A model generated the notes under the pieces. That model was given only the letters and a program-made list of their open reading frames with translations. It was not told where the DNA came from and did no database searches. DNA of 31,457 nt from an uncultured Microbacteriaceae bacterium (lineage in GTDB: Bacteria > Actinomycetota > Actinomycetes > Actinomycetales > Microbacteriaceae). Position 1 is the stretch's first letter, and each line of letters begins with the position of its first letter. Shown here piece by piece: positions 1 through 7,942 of this stretch. Both the position numbers and the translations under genes were made by a program. The stretch covers positions 1-31,457 of the forward strand of contig CAIVOR010000369.1 of NCBI GenBank assembly GCA_903907615.1, in the 5' to 3' direction.

Positions 1-512
1 CCCTCGTCGGTGAGATCGAACGAGTAGGCGTCTTTCATCGTGAACTCGCGACCGCGCAGGAGTCCGGCCCGGGGCCGAGCTTCGTCACGATACTTGTCCT
101 GGATTTGGTAGAGGCAGACCGGCAGATCTTTGTAGGACGTGTAGAGGTCCTTGACCAGCAGCGTGAACGCCTCTTCGTGGGTAGGTGCAAGCAGGTAATC
201 GGCGTCTTTGCGGTCTTTCAGGCGGAAAATGCCGTCACCGTATTCGTCCCAGCGACCCGTCGCCTCATAGGGCTCCTTGGGCAGCAGGGCCGGAAAGTGC
301 ACTTCTTGCGCGCCGGCGGCGGTCATCTCCTCGCGGATGATGCGCTCCACCTTGGCCTTAACACGCAGCCCGAGCGGAAGCCAGGCAAAGATACCGGGCG
401 CCTGACGGCGAATGTATCCCGCACGCAGGAGCAGTCGGTGGCTGGTGACCTCGGCGTCGGCCGGGTCTTCGCGAAGGGTACGAAGGAAGAGGTGAGAGAG
501 AAGCGTAGGCAC
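1..512 (-). CDS. proS: Prolyl-tRNA ligase, N-terminal part (runs off the left edge of the window)
   Basis: Not in the ORF track; translated by hand from GTG at 512: [48 protein letters not shown]...[20 protein letters not shown], which contains the class II ProRS N-terminus and motif 2 region. Confidence 0.96.
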   Translation of the reverse strand, partial: MPTLLSHLFLRTLREDPADAEVTSHRLLLRAGYIRRQAPGIFAWLPLGLRVKAKVERIIREEMTAAGAQEVHFPALLPKEPYEATGRWDEYGDGIFRLKDRKDADYLLAPTHEEAFTLLVKDLYTSYKDLPVCLYQIQDKYRDEARPRAGLLRGREFTMKDAYSFDLTDE

Positions 513-518
513 GCCTCA

Positions 519-524
519 ATGTTA
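519..524 (-). promoter_or_regulatory. Putative -10 element (TAACAT) for a leaderless proS mRNA; overlaps the MFS stop codon
   Basis: TANNNT hexamer 6 nt upstream of the GTG start; no properly spaced Shine-Dalgarno. Confidence 0.6.
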
Positions 525-1781
525 GGCGGTGGGCGTGCCCCGAGTGCGCGCGCGCACGATGAGCACCGTGCTCGTCACACCGACGGTGAGCGCGATGGTG
601 ACCGCGTTGAGCAGGCCGTAGCCAATGGCAGCAAGCGTAATTCCCGCGGCGGCTCCGGCGGCGGCACCCGTGAAACTCATGATCGTGTCCGACAAACCCT
701 GCACTGTGGGGCGATCTTCCGGGGTCACACTCTCAGTCAGCAACGCCGACGCGGCCACCGTCGAGGCCGACCACCCCAGACCGAGGAGGATCATCGACAC
801 CACGACGGCCGTCATGTCTCCCGACGCCACGGTATTCACAACAAGGGCGGCCAGCAGGATGATCTGCCCCAGAACAATAACCGCGATGCGGCCCCAGCGG
901 TCGGAGAGCCAACCGAACAGGGGCGAGAACCCGTACATGCCGGCCGTGTGCAGGCTGACCGTGAGGCCGATGAGCGGCAAGACGACGTTCATCATCGACA
1001 GGTGCACGGGAGTCATCGACATGATGGCCACCATCACGCCGTGGCTGAGGGCCATGGCCACCACGGCCGCGGCGGCCATGGGGGTGGCCCGAAGAATTCC
1101 GAAGGCGGCCCCGATGCTGCGCTTGGTGGAGACCACTTCAACCCCATCGCGCACGCGCTGGGCACGCGCTTCGAGCAGGGGGTCCGGGCGCAGCCCGATG
1201 GAGTAGAACACCACACCGACCACGTAGAAGAAGGCGGCAATGACGAACGCGCCCGCCAGGGTGGGAAGTCCGAGAATGAGTCCGAACGAGTTTCCGGGAC
1301 CGATGAGGTTTGGGCCAATCACCACGCCGACGGTGGTGGCCCAGACAACGAGCGAGAGGTCCCGTGCGCGCGTCGCGGGTTGGGCAAGATCGGTGGCGGC
1401 AAAGCGGGTCTGGAGGTTGGCCGCGTTTCCGGCGCCCACGAGGGCAATGCCCACGATGAAGAGTGGGAAGGATTGCGCCACGTCGGCGAAGACCACGATG
1501 ACCGAACCAACGGCCGCAATACCCAGCCCGAGAGAGAGCGCCCAGCGCCGACCCCAGCGATTGGCGTAACGCGCGAGGGGGAAGGCGAGGAGTGCCGTTC
1601 CCAGCGTGGCGAACGTGGCCGAGAGTCCACCCAGTGCCGGAGTCCCGCTGATGTGTGCGGCCATGAGCGAACCGATGGAGAAGCTGGCTCCGGTGCCCAG
1701 TGCACCCAAGACCTGCCCAATGGACAGAATGGTGAGGATTCTGCGCTGCAACCCTCGCCGAGTCGCGGTGGTCGTACTCAT
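522..1781 (-). CDS. MFS transporter (about 12 TM helices)
   Basis: ORF 522..1883; likely start ATG 1781 (MSTTTATRRGLQRRILTILS), since the upstream extension overlaps ispG. MFS loop motifs ARYANRWGRR and GWLSDRWGR; NLQTRFAATDLA motif. Confidence 0.88.
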   Translation of the reverse strand: MSTTTATRRGLQRRILTILSIGQVLGALGTGASFSIGSLMAAHISGTPALGGLSATFATLGTALLAFPLARYANRWGRRWALSLGLGIAAVGSVIVVFADVAQSFPLFIVGIALVGAGNAANLQTRFAATDLAQPATRARDLSLVVWATTVGVVIGPNLIGPGNSFGLILGLPTLAGAFVIAAFFYVVGVVFYSIGLRPDPLLEARAQRVRDGVEVVSTKRSIGAAFGILRATPMAAAAVVAMALSHGVMVAIMSMTPVHLSMMNVVLPLIGLTVSLHTAGMYGFSPLFGWLSDRWGRIAVIVLGQIILLAALVVNTVASGDMTAVVVSMILLGLGWSASTVAASALLTESVTPEDRPTVQGLSDTIMSFTGAAAGAAAGITLAAIGYGLLNAVTIALTVGVTSTVLIVRARTRGTPTA

Positions 1782-1794
1782 GCGAGTCACGCCC

Positions 1795-2943
1795 CTAGGA
1801 CGTGATGACCTGAACCGATCCGGTCTCCGAGGCGGGCATGGATGCGGCCAGGCGGTTGGCCTCTTCGATGAGCGTGGCCACAATCTCGGACTCGGGGACT
1901 GTCTTGATGACCTCGCCCTTGACGAAAATCTGGCCCTTGCCGTTGCCCGACGCCACGCCGAGGTCAGCCTCGCGCGCCTCGCCGGGACCGTTCACAACGC
2001 AACCCATCACAGCCACGCGCAACGGCACGCTCATGCCCTGAAGACCCTCGGTGACCTGCTCGGCCAGTGTGTAGACGTCGACCTGAGCACGGCCACAGCT
2101 GGGGCACGAGACAATTTCGAGCTTGCGCTCGCGCAGGTTGAGCGACTGAAGAATCTGGAGTCCGACCTTGACTTCTTCGGCCGGCGGTGCCGACAGGGAC
2201 ACACGAATGGTGTCGCCGATACCCTCGCCCAGCAGGATGCCGAAGGCCGTTGCCGACTTGATTGTGCCCTGAAACGACGGACCTGCTTCGGTGACCCCGA
2301 GGTGCAGGGGCCAGTCGCCGCGTTCCGCAAGGAGTCGGTACGCCTTGACCATAATCACGGGGTCATTGTGCTTGACCGAAATCTTGAAGTCGTGGAAGTC
2401 ATGCTCTTCGAACAGGCTGGCCTCCCACACGGCGCTCTCGACGAGTGCCTCGGGCGTGGCCTTTCCATACTTCTCGAGCAGACGCGGGTCGAGCGAACCC
2501 GCGTTGACACCGATGCGCACGCTCACGCCGGCGGCTTTGGCGCGGGCGGCAATTTCACCGACCTGGTCATCGAACTTGCGGATGTTTCCGGGGTTCACCC
2601 GAACCGCGGCACAACCGGCATCAATGGCCGCATAAACATAGTTGGGCTGAAAGTGAATGTCCGCGATAACCGGGATCTGGCTCTTCCTGGCGATGACGGG
2701 AAGCGCCTCGGCGTCGTCGCGGCTCGGCACGGCGACGCGGACAATGTCACACCCGGAAGCGGTGAGCTCGGCGATCTGCTGCAGCGTGGCGTTGATCTCA
2801 GTCGTGGGCGTGGTTGTCATCGACTGCACCGACACCTGAGCGTCGCCGCCGACCAGAACCTTTCCCACTTTGATCTGACGTGAGACACGGCGCGGGGCAA
2901 GAACCTCGGGCTTGGCGGGCATTCCTAAATTGACGGCAGGCAC
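1795..2943 (-). CDS. ispG: 4-hydroxy-3-methylbut-2-en-1-yl diphosphate synthase (flavodoxin), IspG/GcpE
   Basis: [45 protein letters not shown]; Fe-S ligands SCPSCGR and [11 protein letters not shown]. Confidence 0.98.
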   Translation of the reverse strand: MPAVNLGMPAKPEVLAPRRVSRQIKVGKVLVGGDAQVSVQSMTTTPTTEINATLQQIAELTASGCDIVRVAVPSRDDAEALPVIARKSQIPVIADIHFQPNYVYAAIDAGCAAVRVNPGNIRKFDDQVGEIAARAKAAGVSVRIGVNAGSLDPRLLEKYGKATPEALVESAVWEASLFEEHDFHDFKISVKHNDPVIMVKAYRLLAERGDWPLHLGVTEAGPSFQGTIKSATAFGILLGEGIGDTIRVSLSAPPAEEVKVGLQILQSLNLRERKLEIVSCPSCGRAQVDVYTLAEQVTEGLQGMSVPLRVAVMGCVVNGPGEAREADLGVASGNGKGQIFVKGEVIKTVPESEIVATLIEEANRLAASMPASETGSVQVITS

Positions 2944-2949
2944 GAGGCT

Positions 2950-2955
2950 AGCCTA
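2950..2955 (-). promoter_or_regulatory. Putative -10 element (TAGGCT) for a leaderless ispG mRNA
   Basis: TAGGCT-agcctc-GTG(2943). Confidence 0.6.
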
Positions 2956-2968
2956 CGACGAATCCGGT

Positions 2969-4279
2969 CTAGAAGATGATGACCGGCTTGACGATGTCGG
3001 CGTAAATGAGCAGCGCACTCATGGCAATCATGATGACCACAACAACGAAGGTGATGGGCATGAGCCGTGCGATGTCAACCGGGCCGGGATCGGGCCTCTT
3101 GCGCAGACGTGCCCACCCGCGGCGGATGAGCTCCCACAGGGCTCCGGCGATGTGGCCGCCGTCGAGCGGGAGGAGCGGGATGAGGTTGAACACGAAGAGA
3201 GCTACGTTGAGTGAGGCGAGAATGCCCAGCAATGACGCAATCTTGCCGTCGGTCGATACCGCCGATGATCCCGCGATGTCGCCGGCGACGCGCCCGACAC
3301 CCACCACCGAGATCGGACCGTCGAGCTGACGCTCCTCGGGCCCGAAGGCGGCCTCGCCCACGGCGACGAGTCGCTCAGGCAGCGTGAGAATCATGGTTGC
3401 GGTACCCGTGACGGTTTGCCCCACGAGGGGGAACGCTGCCGTGATGGGCTGAGGCTGCATGACCGTCGAGGGCGAAATGCCCACGAAACCGACCTCGTGA
3501 GTGAGCGCCTCTCCGTTGGGACCCGTGACGGGTGATCCGGCGTCGTCGTAGACGGGGCGCGTCACCTCAACCGGCGTGACGGGCAGCGTGAGCGTTGTAC
3601 CATCGCGCTCGACAGTGAAGTTGAGCGTTGTGGCGGCTGCCGGAGCGATGGCCTTCGAGACGTCGGTCCACGTGCTCACCGGGGTGTCATTGATGGCAAC
3701 GATGGTGTCGCCCGCCTTGAGACCGCCGAGAGCCCCGGGCGCGTCGGGCGTGGTGGCCGAGCACGACTGGGTGCTCTCGATGCACGGGGACACCGCGGCC
3801 AGGGTGCTCGTCGCCTGCGGCATTCCGAATCCCATGACGATGATGGCAAAAAGGACAAACGCCAACACGAGGTTCATGAACGGACCGCCGAACATGATGA
3901 TGATGCGCTTCCACACGGGGAGTCGGTAGAAGAGACGATCGGGGTTGACATTTTCCGCGCTCTCGGCACTCACGTCGCGCGCGTCTTGGACCATCTTGCC
4001 GAAGAGTCCGCGGGCTCCGGCCTTGGCACGCGCCTTTCCGGGCGGGAACATACCCGCCATCGAAATGTAGCCACCGAGCGGCAACGCCTTGATGCCGTAC
4101 TCGGTCTCTCCCCATTTCTTGCGAAACAGGGTGGGACCGAAACCGATCATGTACTGGGCGACTTTGACGCGGAAGATTTTGGCGGGAATGAGGTGGCCGA
4201 GTTCGTGCAGACCAATGGACACGGAGAGTCCAATAAGAAAGATCACTACGCCGAGGAGGAAGGGCCAGAAATTCGTCAC
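2969..4279 (-). CDS. rseP: M50 family RIP zinc metalloprotease with PDZ domain (RseP/Rip1-like)
   Basis: HELGH zinc motif, GGPFMN, PDZ-like LKAGDTIVAINDTPV, FNLIPLLPLDGGH; conserved position between dxr and ispG. Confidence 0.94.
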   Translation of the reverse strand: MTNFWPFLLGVVIFLIGLSVSIGLHELGHLIPAKIFRVKVAQYMIGFGPTLFRKKWGETEYGIKALPLGGYISMAGMFPPGKARAKAGARGLFGKMVQDARDVSAESAENVNPDRLFYRLPVWKRIIIMFGGPFMNLVLAFVLFAIIVMGFGMPQATSTLAAVSPCIESTQSCSATTPDAPGALGGLKAGDTIVAINDTPVSTWTDVSKAIAPAAATTLNFTVERDGTTLTLPVTPVEVTRPVYDDAGSPVTGPNGEALTHEVGFVGISPSTVMQPQPITAAFPLVGQTVTGTATMILTLPERLVAVGEAAFGPEERQLDGPISVVGVGRVAGDIAGSSAVSTDGKIASLLGILASLNVALFVFNLIPLLPLDGGHIAGALWELIRRGWARLRKRPDPGPVDIARLMPITFVVVVIMIAMSALLIYADIVKPVIIF

Positions 4280-4285
4280 GAGGCG

Positions 4286-4291
4286 AGACTA
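4286..4291 (-). promoter_or_regulatory. Putative -10 element (TAGTCT) for a leaderless rseP mRNA
   Basis: TAGTCT-cgcctc-GTG(4279). Confidence 0.6.
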
Positions 4292-4331
4292 CGCGGAATG
4301 TCTGACAGTTTCCCGCACCGGGTCTGAGGGT

Positions 4332-5417
4332 TTACCGGTGGTCGATGACGTCGCGTGCCGTCGCCCGTGCCCACGCATCGGCATCCAACAAAAGTTCGCG
4401 CGAGAGCGCGTCGGTGGGTGCGGTGTGGACGTCGACGACGCGCTTGACCGTATCCACGATGTCGGTGAATCCGAGGCGACCCGCGTGGAATGCGAGGACG
4501 GCCACTTCGTTCGCCGCATTCATGACGGCCGGGAACGTTCCGCCCTGCGCGCCCACCGACTTGGCCAAGGCCACAGCGGGGAAGGCGACCTCGTCGAGCG
4601 GTTCGAAGGTCCACGTGTGCGCGGACGTCCAGTCGACGGCGGCCGTGACATGAGGCACGCGTCGCGGCCAGTCGAGACCGAGCGCGATGGGCAACTTCAT
4701 GTCGGGCGGTGAGGCCTGAGCCAGAGTTGATCCGTCGACGAATTCCACCATGGAGTGAATCACGGACTGGGGATGCACGGTCACAGAAATGTCGGCGTAG
4801 TCGATGTCGAAGAGGAGGCTCGCCTCAATCACCTCGAGACCCTTATTCATGAGCGTGGCGGAGTTGGTGGTCACCATGAGTCCCATGTCCCACGTGGGAT
4901 GTGCGAGTGCCTGCTGCGGTGTCACGTCGCGCAGTTCTTCTGGCGATCGGCCACGGAAGGGTCCGCCCGATGCCGTGAGTACCAGGCGTCGCACCTCACC
5001 GTGCGTGCCCGAGACAAGACACTGCGCGATGGCGGAGTGTTCGCTGTCTACCGGAACAATTTGCCCCGGTGCGGCGGCCTCCGTGACCAGCGATCCACCA
5101 ATAATCAAACTTTCCTTGTTGGCCAGCGCCAGCGTCATGCCGCGCTCGAGCGTGGCGAGCGTGGGGCCAAGCCCGACAGCGCCGGTCATGCCGTTGAGAA
5201 CCACGTCGGCATCCACCGCCCGCACGAGATCTTCGGACGCGTCGGCGCCCAGCGCCGTGTGTGTCACGCCATAGGCCCGCGCTTGCTCGGCCAGTAACTC
5301 GGCCTGCGTTCCCGCAGAGAGGCCCACCACCTGAAAGCGATCGGGGTTTGCCGAAATCACCTCGAGCGCTTGCGTGCCAATGGAACCGGTGGAACCCAGA
5401 ATGATGACGCGGCGCAC
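4332..5417 (-). CDS. dxr: 1-deoxy-D-xylulose-5-phosphate reductoisomerase
   Basis: [54 protein letters not shown]; start taken as GTG 5417 (MRRVIILG). Confidence 0.98.
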   Translation of the reverse strand: MRRVIILGSTGSIGTQALEVISANPDRFQVVGLSAGTQAELLAEQARAYGVTHTALGADASEDLVRAVDADVVLNGMTGAVGLGPTLATLERGMTLALANKESLIIGGSLVTEAAAPGQIVPVDSEHSAIAQCLVSGTHGEVRRLVLTASGGPFRGRSPEELRDVTPQQALAHPTWDMGLMVTTNSATLMNKGLEVIEASLLFDIDYADISVTVHPQSVIHSMVEFVDGSTLAQASPPDMKLPIALGLDWPRRVPHVTAAVDWTSAHTWTFEPLDEVAFPAVALAKSVGAQGGTFPAVMNAANEVAVLAFHAGRLGFTDIVDTVKRVVDVHTAPTDALSRELLLDADAWARATARDVIDHR

Positions 5418-5457
5418 GGTACTTATCTTTGCACCCCCATGCAGCATGTCGGGCTCC

Positions 5458-5463
5458 TAGAAT
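5458..5463 (+). promoter_or_regulatory. Putative -10 element (TAGAAT) for a leaderless gabT-ald mRNA
   Basis: TAGAAT-tgctgt-ATG(5470) within a 52-bp divergent spacer. Confidence 0.65.
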
Positions 5464-5469
5464 TGCTGT

Positions 5470-6816
5470 ATGACGACAACAGCGCAGAGCCCGGCCCCCA
5501 TCACGCAAGAACGGTTGATTCGCACGGCGATTCCCGGCCCCCAGTCACAGGCCATGCACGCCCGTCGCGCCGAGGTCATTCCTCCCGGTGTGGGCGCCGC
5601 CCTTCCGGTGTACGTCGCCGCCGCCCACGAGTCAATCGTGGTGGACATCGACGGCAATCAGTTCATCGACTTCGCTTCGGGAATTGGCGTGACCACGATT
5701 GGTCACACCGACGATGCCGTGGTGGCCGCGGTCGCGGAACAGGCAGCGCTGTTCACTCACACGTGCTTCACCGTGACCCCCTACGAGGGATACGTGCGCG
5801 TTGCCGAACTTCTTGCTCAGCACACTCCTGGAACCCACGCCAAGCGCACCATGCTGTGCAACTCGGGCGCCGAGGCCGTGGAAAACGCGGTCAAGATTGC
5901 CCGCAAGTACACCGGCAAGAACGCGATCGGCGTTCTTGACCACGCGTACCACGGTCGTACGAACATGACAATGGCCATGAATTTCAAGAACAGCCCCTAC
6001 GCCACGGGCTTCGGCTCGCTGGGAACATCAGTGTTCCGGGCGCCCAACTCGTACCCGTATCAGGATGGGCTCTCGGGTGAAGAAGCCGCCGAGCGGACCA
6101 TTTGGTACTTCGAGAAGCAGGTCGGCGCTGCCGACCTCGCGGCCATCTTTGCCGAGCCCATCCAGGGCGAGGGCGGATTCATGGTTCCCGCCGAGGGCTA
6201 CCTCACCCTGCTTCAGGAGTGGTGCCACAAGAACAACGTGGTCTTCGTTGCCGACGAGGTGCAGAGCGGCATGGCTCGTTCGGGCACCTACTTCGCCTCG
6301 GAAGGACTGGGACTCGTCCCCGACCTGATGACCGTAGCCAAGGGCATCGCCGGCGGAATGCCGCTGGCCGGCGTTGTTGGCCGCGCCGACATCATGGACG
6401 CCGCTCACCCCGGCGGACTCGGTGGAACGTTTGGCGGAAACCCCGTCTCCTGCGCGGCATCCGTCGCGGTGTTCGACCAGATTGAACGACTCCACCTGCT
6501 CGGCGAGGCCAAGCGAGTTGAGAAGACACTGACCGCCGGCCTGACCGCCCTGCAGAAGAAGTACCCGCTGATTGGCGAGGTCCGCGGACGCGGCGCCATG
6601 ATTGCCATCGAGCTGGTGATCCCCGGCACCAAGAAGCCCGACGCCGCTGCCGTGAAGCACGTCGTCGACCATGGGTTCCAGAACGGATTGCTTTTGCTCA
6701 ACGCTGGCACGAACTACAACGTTCTACGCTTCCTCCCCAATGTGCGCATGACCGATGAGCTCATTAACGACGCCATGAGCGTGCTCGACGACGCTTTCGC
6801 CAGTTACACGAAGTGA
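5470..6816 (+). CDS. gabT: 4-aminobutyrate--2-oxoglutarate aminotransferase (class III PLP)
   Basis: DFASGIGV, NSGAEAVENAVKIAR, YHGRT, EPIQGEGG, DEVQSG, PLP lysine VAKGIAGG, GGTFGGNP. Confidence 0.9.
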   Translation: MTTTAQSPAPITQERLIRTAIPGPQSQAMHARRAEVIPPGVGAALPVYVAAAHESIVVDIDGNQFIDFASGIGVTTIGHTDDAVVAAVAEQAALFTHTCFTVTPYEGYVRVAELLAQHTPGTHAKRTMLCNSGAEAVENAVKIARKYTGKNAIGVLDHAYHGRTNMTMAMNFKNSPYATGFGSLGTSVFRAPNSYPYQDGLSGEEAAERTIWYFEKQVGAADLAAIFAEPIQGEGGFMVPAEGYLTLLQEWCHKNNVVFVADEVQSGMARSGTYFASEGLGLVPDLMTVAKGIAGGMPLAGVVGRADIMDAAHPGGLGGTFGGNPVSCAASVAVFDQIERLHLLGEAKRVEKTLTAGLTALQKKYPLIGEVRGRGAMIAIELVIPGTKKPDAAAVKHVVDHGFQNGLLLLNAGTNYNVLRFLPNVRMTDELINDAMSVLDDAFASYTK

Positions 6817-6826
6817 CGAGACTCTC

Positions 6827-7942
6827 GTGCGCATCGGCGTTCCGGCTGAGGTAAAGAACAACGAGTTCCGCGTTGCGCTGACGCCGAGTGGTGTTCACGA
6901 CCTGGTCGCCCGGGGTCACGAGGTTATCGTTCAATCCGGTGCCGGCCGAGGCTCCAGCCTGACCGATGCCGACTTCGTGGCAGCCGGTGCTCGGGTGATC
7001 GAGTCGGCGAGCGACGTATGGGCGAGCGCCGAGCTCGTGCTCAAAGTGAAAGAGCCACAGCCCGAGGAATTCGCGCACCTGCGTGAAGACCTCGTGTTGT
7101 TTACCTATCTGCACCTGGCGGCCGAGCCCGACCTCACGCGCGCGCTGTGTGATGCCCACACCACATCCATTGCTTACGAAACCGTGCAGGCGGCCAACGG
7201 CACACTTCCGCTCCTCGCCCCGATGAGTGAGGTTGCCGGACGACTTGCTCCCCTCGTGGGCGCGCACGCCATGATGGCACCGCAGGGCGGCCCGGGTCTG
7301 CTGGTCTCCGGAGTGCCGGGTACCCACGCCGCACACGTGGTAGTTCTCGGCGGCGGTGTCGCCGGAACGAACGCCATCCAGATGGCCGTCGGAATGGGCG
7401 CCCAGGTGACCGTACTCGATACCAATCTGTCGCGATTGGCCCAGCTCGATCTCGCCTTTCATGGTCGCGTGAACACGATCGCGTCGAATGCCCTTGAGAT
7501 TGACCGCGCAGTCTGTGCGGCCGATCTCGTGGTGGGAGCCGTACTCATCGCCGGAGCAAAAGCACCCAAGCTCGTCTCGAACGAACTCGTCTCACGCATG
7601 AAGCCGGGAAGTGTCCTTGTCGACATCGCTGTGGACCAGGGCGGATGCTTTGCGGACACGCACGCGACGACGCACGCCGACCCCACGTTCGCCGTGCACG
7701 GATCCATCTTTTACTGTGTCGCCAACATGCCAGGCGCTGTGCCCCACACCTCTACCTATGCCCTGACGAACGCCACCCTGCCGTTCGTGCGTCGGGTGGC
7801 TGACCTCGGGTGGCGGGATGCGCTCAGTGGCGACGCGACCTTGCGGGCCGGTCTCAACACGTGGGCCGGTCAGGTCACGAACGCGGGCGTCGCCGAAGCA
7901 CACGACATGGCCCTCACCCCGCTGACCGACGTCTTCGCTTAG
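6827..7942 (+). CDS. ald: Alanine dehydrogenase
   Basis: MRIGVPAEVKNNEFRVALTP, VKVKEP, FTYLHLAA, PMSEVAGR, Rossmann GGGVAG, DIAVDQGG, YCVANMPGAVP. Confidence 0.97.
   Translation: MRIGVPAEVKNNEFRVALTPSGVHDLVARGHEVIVQSGAGRGSSLTDADFVAAGARVIESASDVWASAELVLKVKEPQPEEFAHLREDLVLFTYLHLAAEPDLTRALCDAHTTSIAYETVQAANGTLPLLAPMSEVAGRLAPLVGAHAMMAPQGGPGLLVSGVPGTHAAHVVVLGGGVAGTNAIQMAVGMGAQVTVLDTNLSRLAQLDLAFHGRVNTIASNALEIDRAVCAADLVVGAVLIAGAKAPKLVSNELVSRMKPGSVLVDIAVDQGGCFADTHATTHADPTFAVHGSIFYCVANMPGAVPHTSTYALTNATLPFVRRVADLGWRDALSGDATLRAGLNTWAGQVTNAGVAEAHDMALTPLTDVFA

Noticed and set aside
105-1805. 566-aa plus-strand ORF (also 1606..2883, 8885..10249 and many other long antisense or overlapping ORFs)
   Set aside because: Shadow ORFs antisense to clearly identified genes (proS/MFS, ispG, FtsK-like); Arg/Gly/His-rich with no motifs, as expected at high GC
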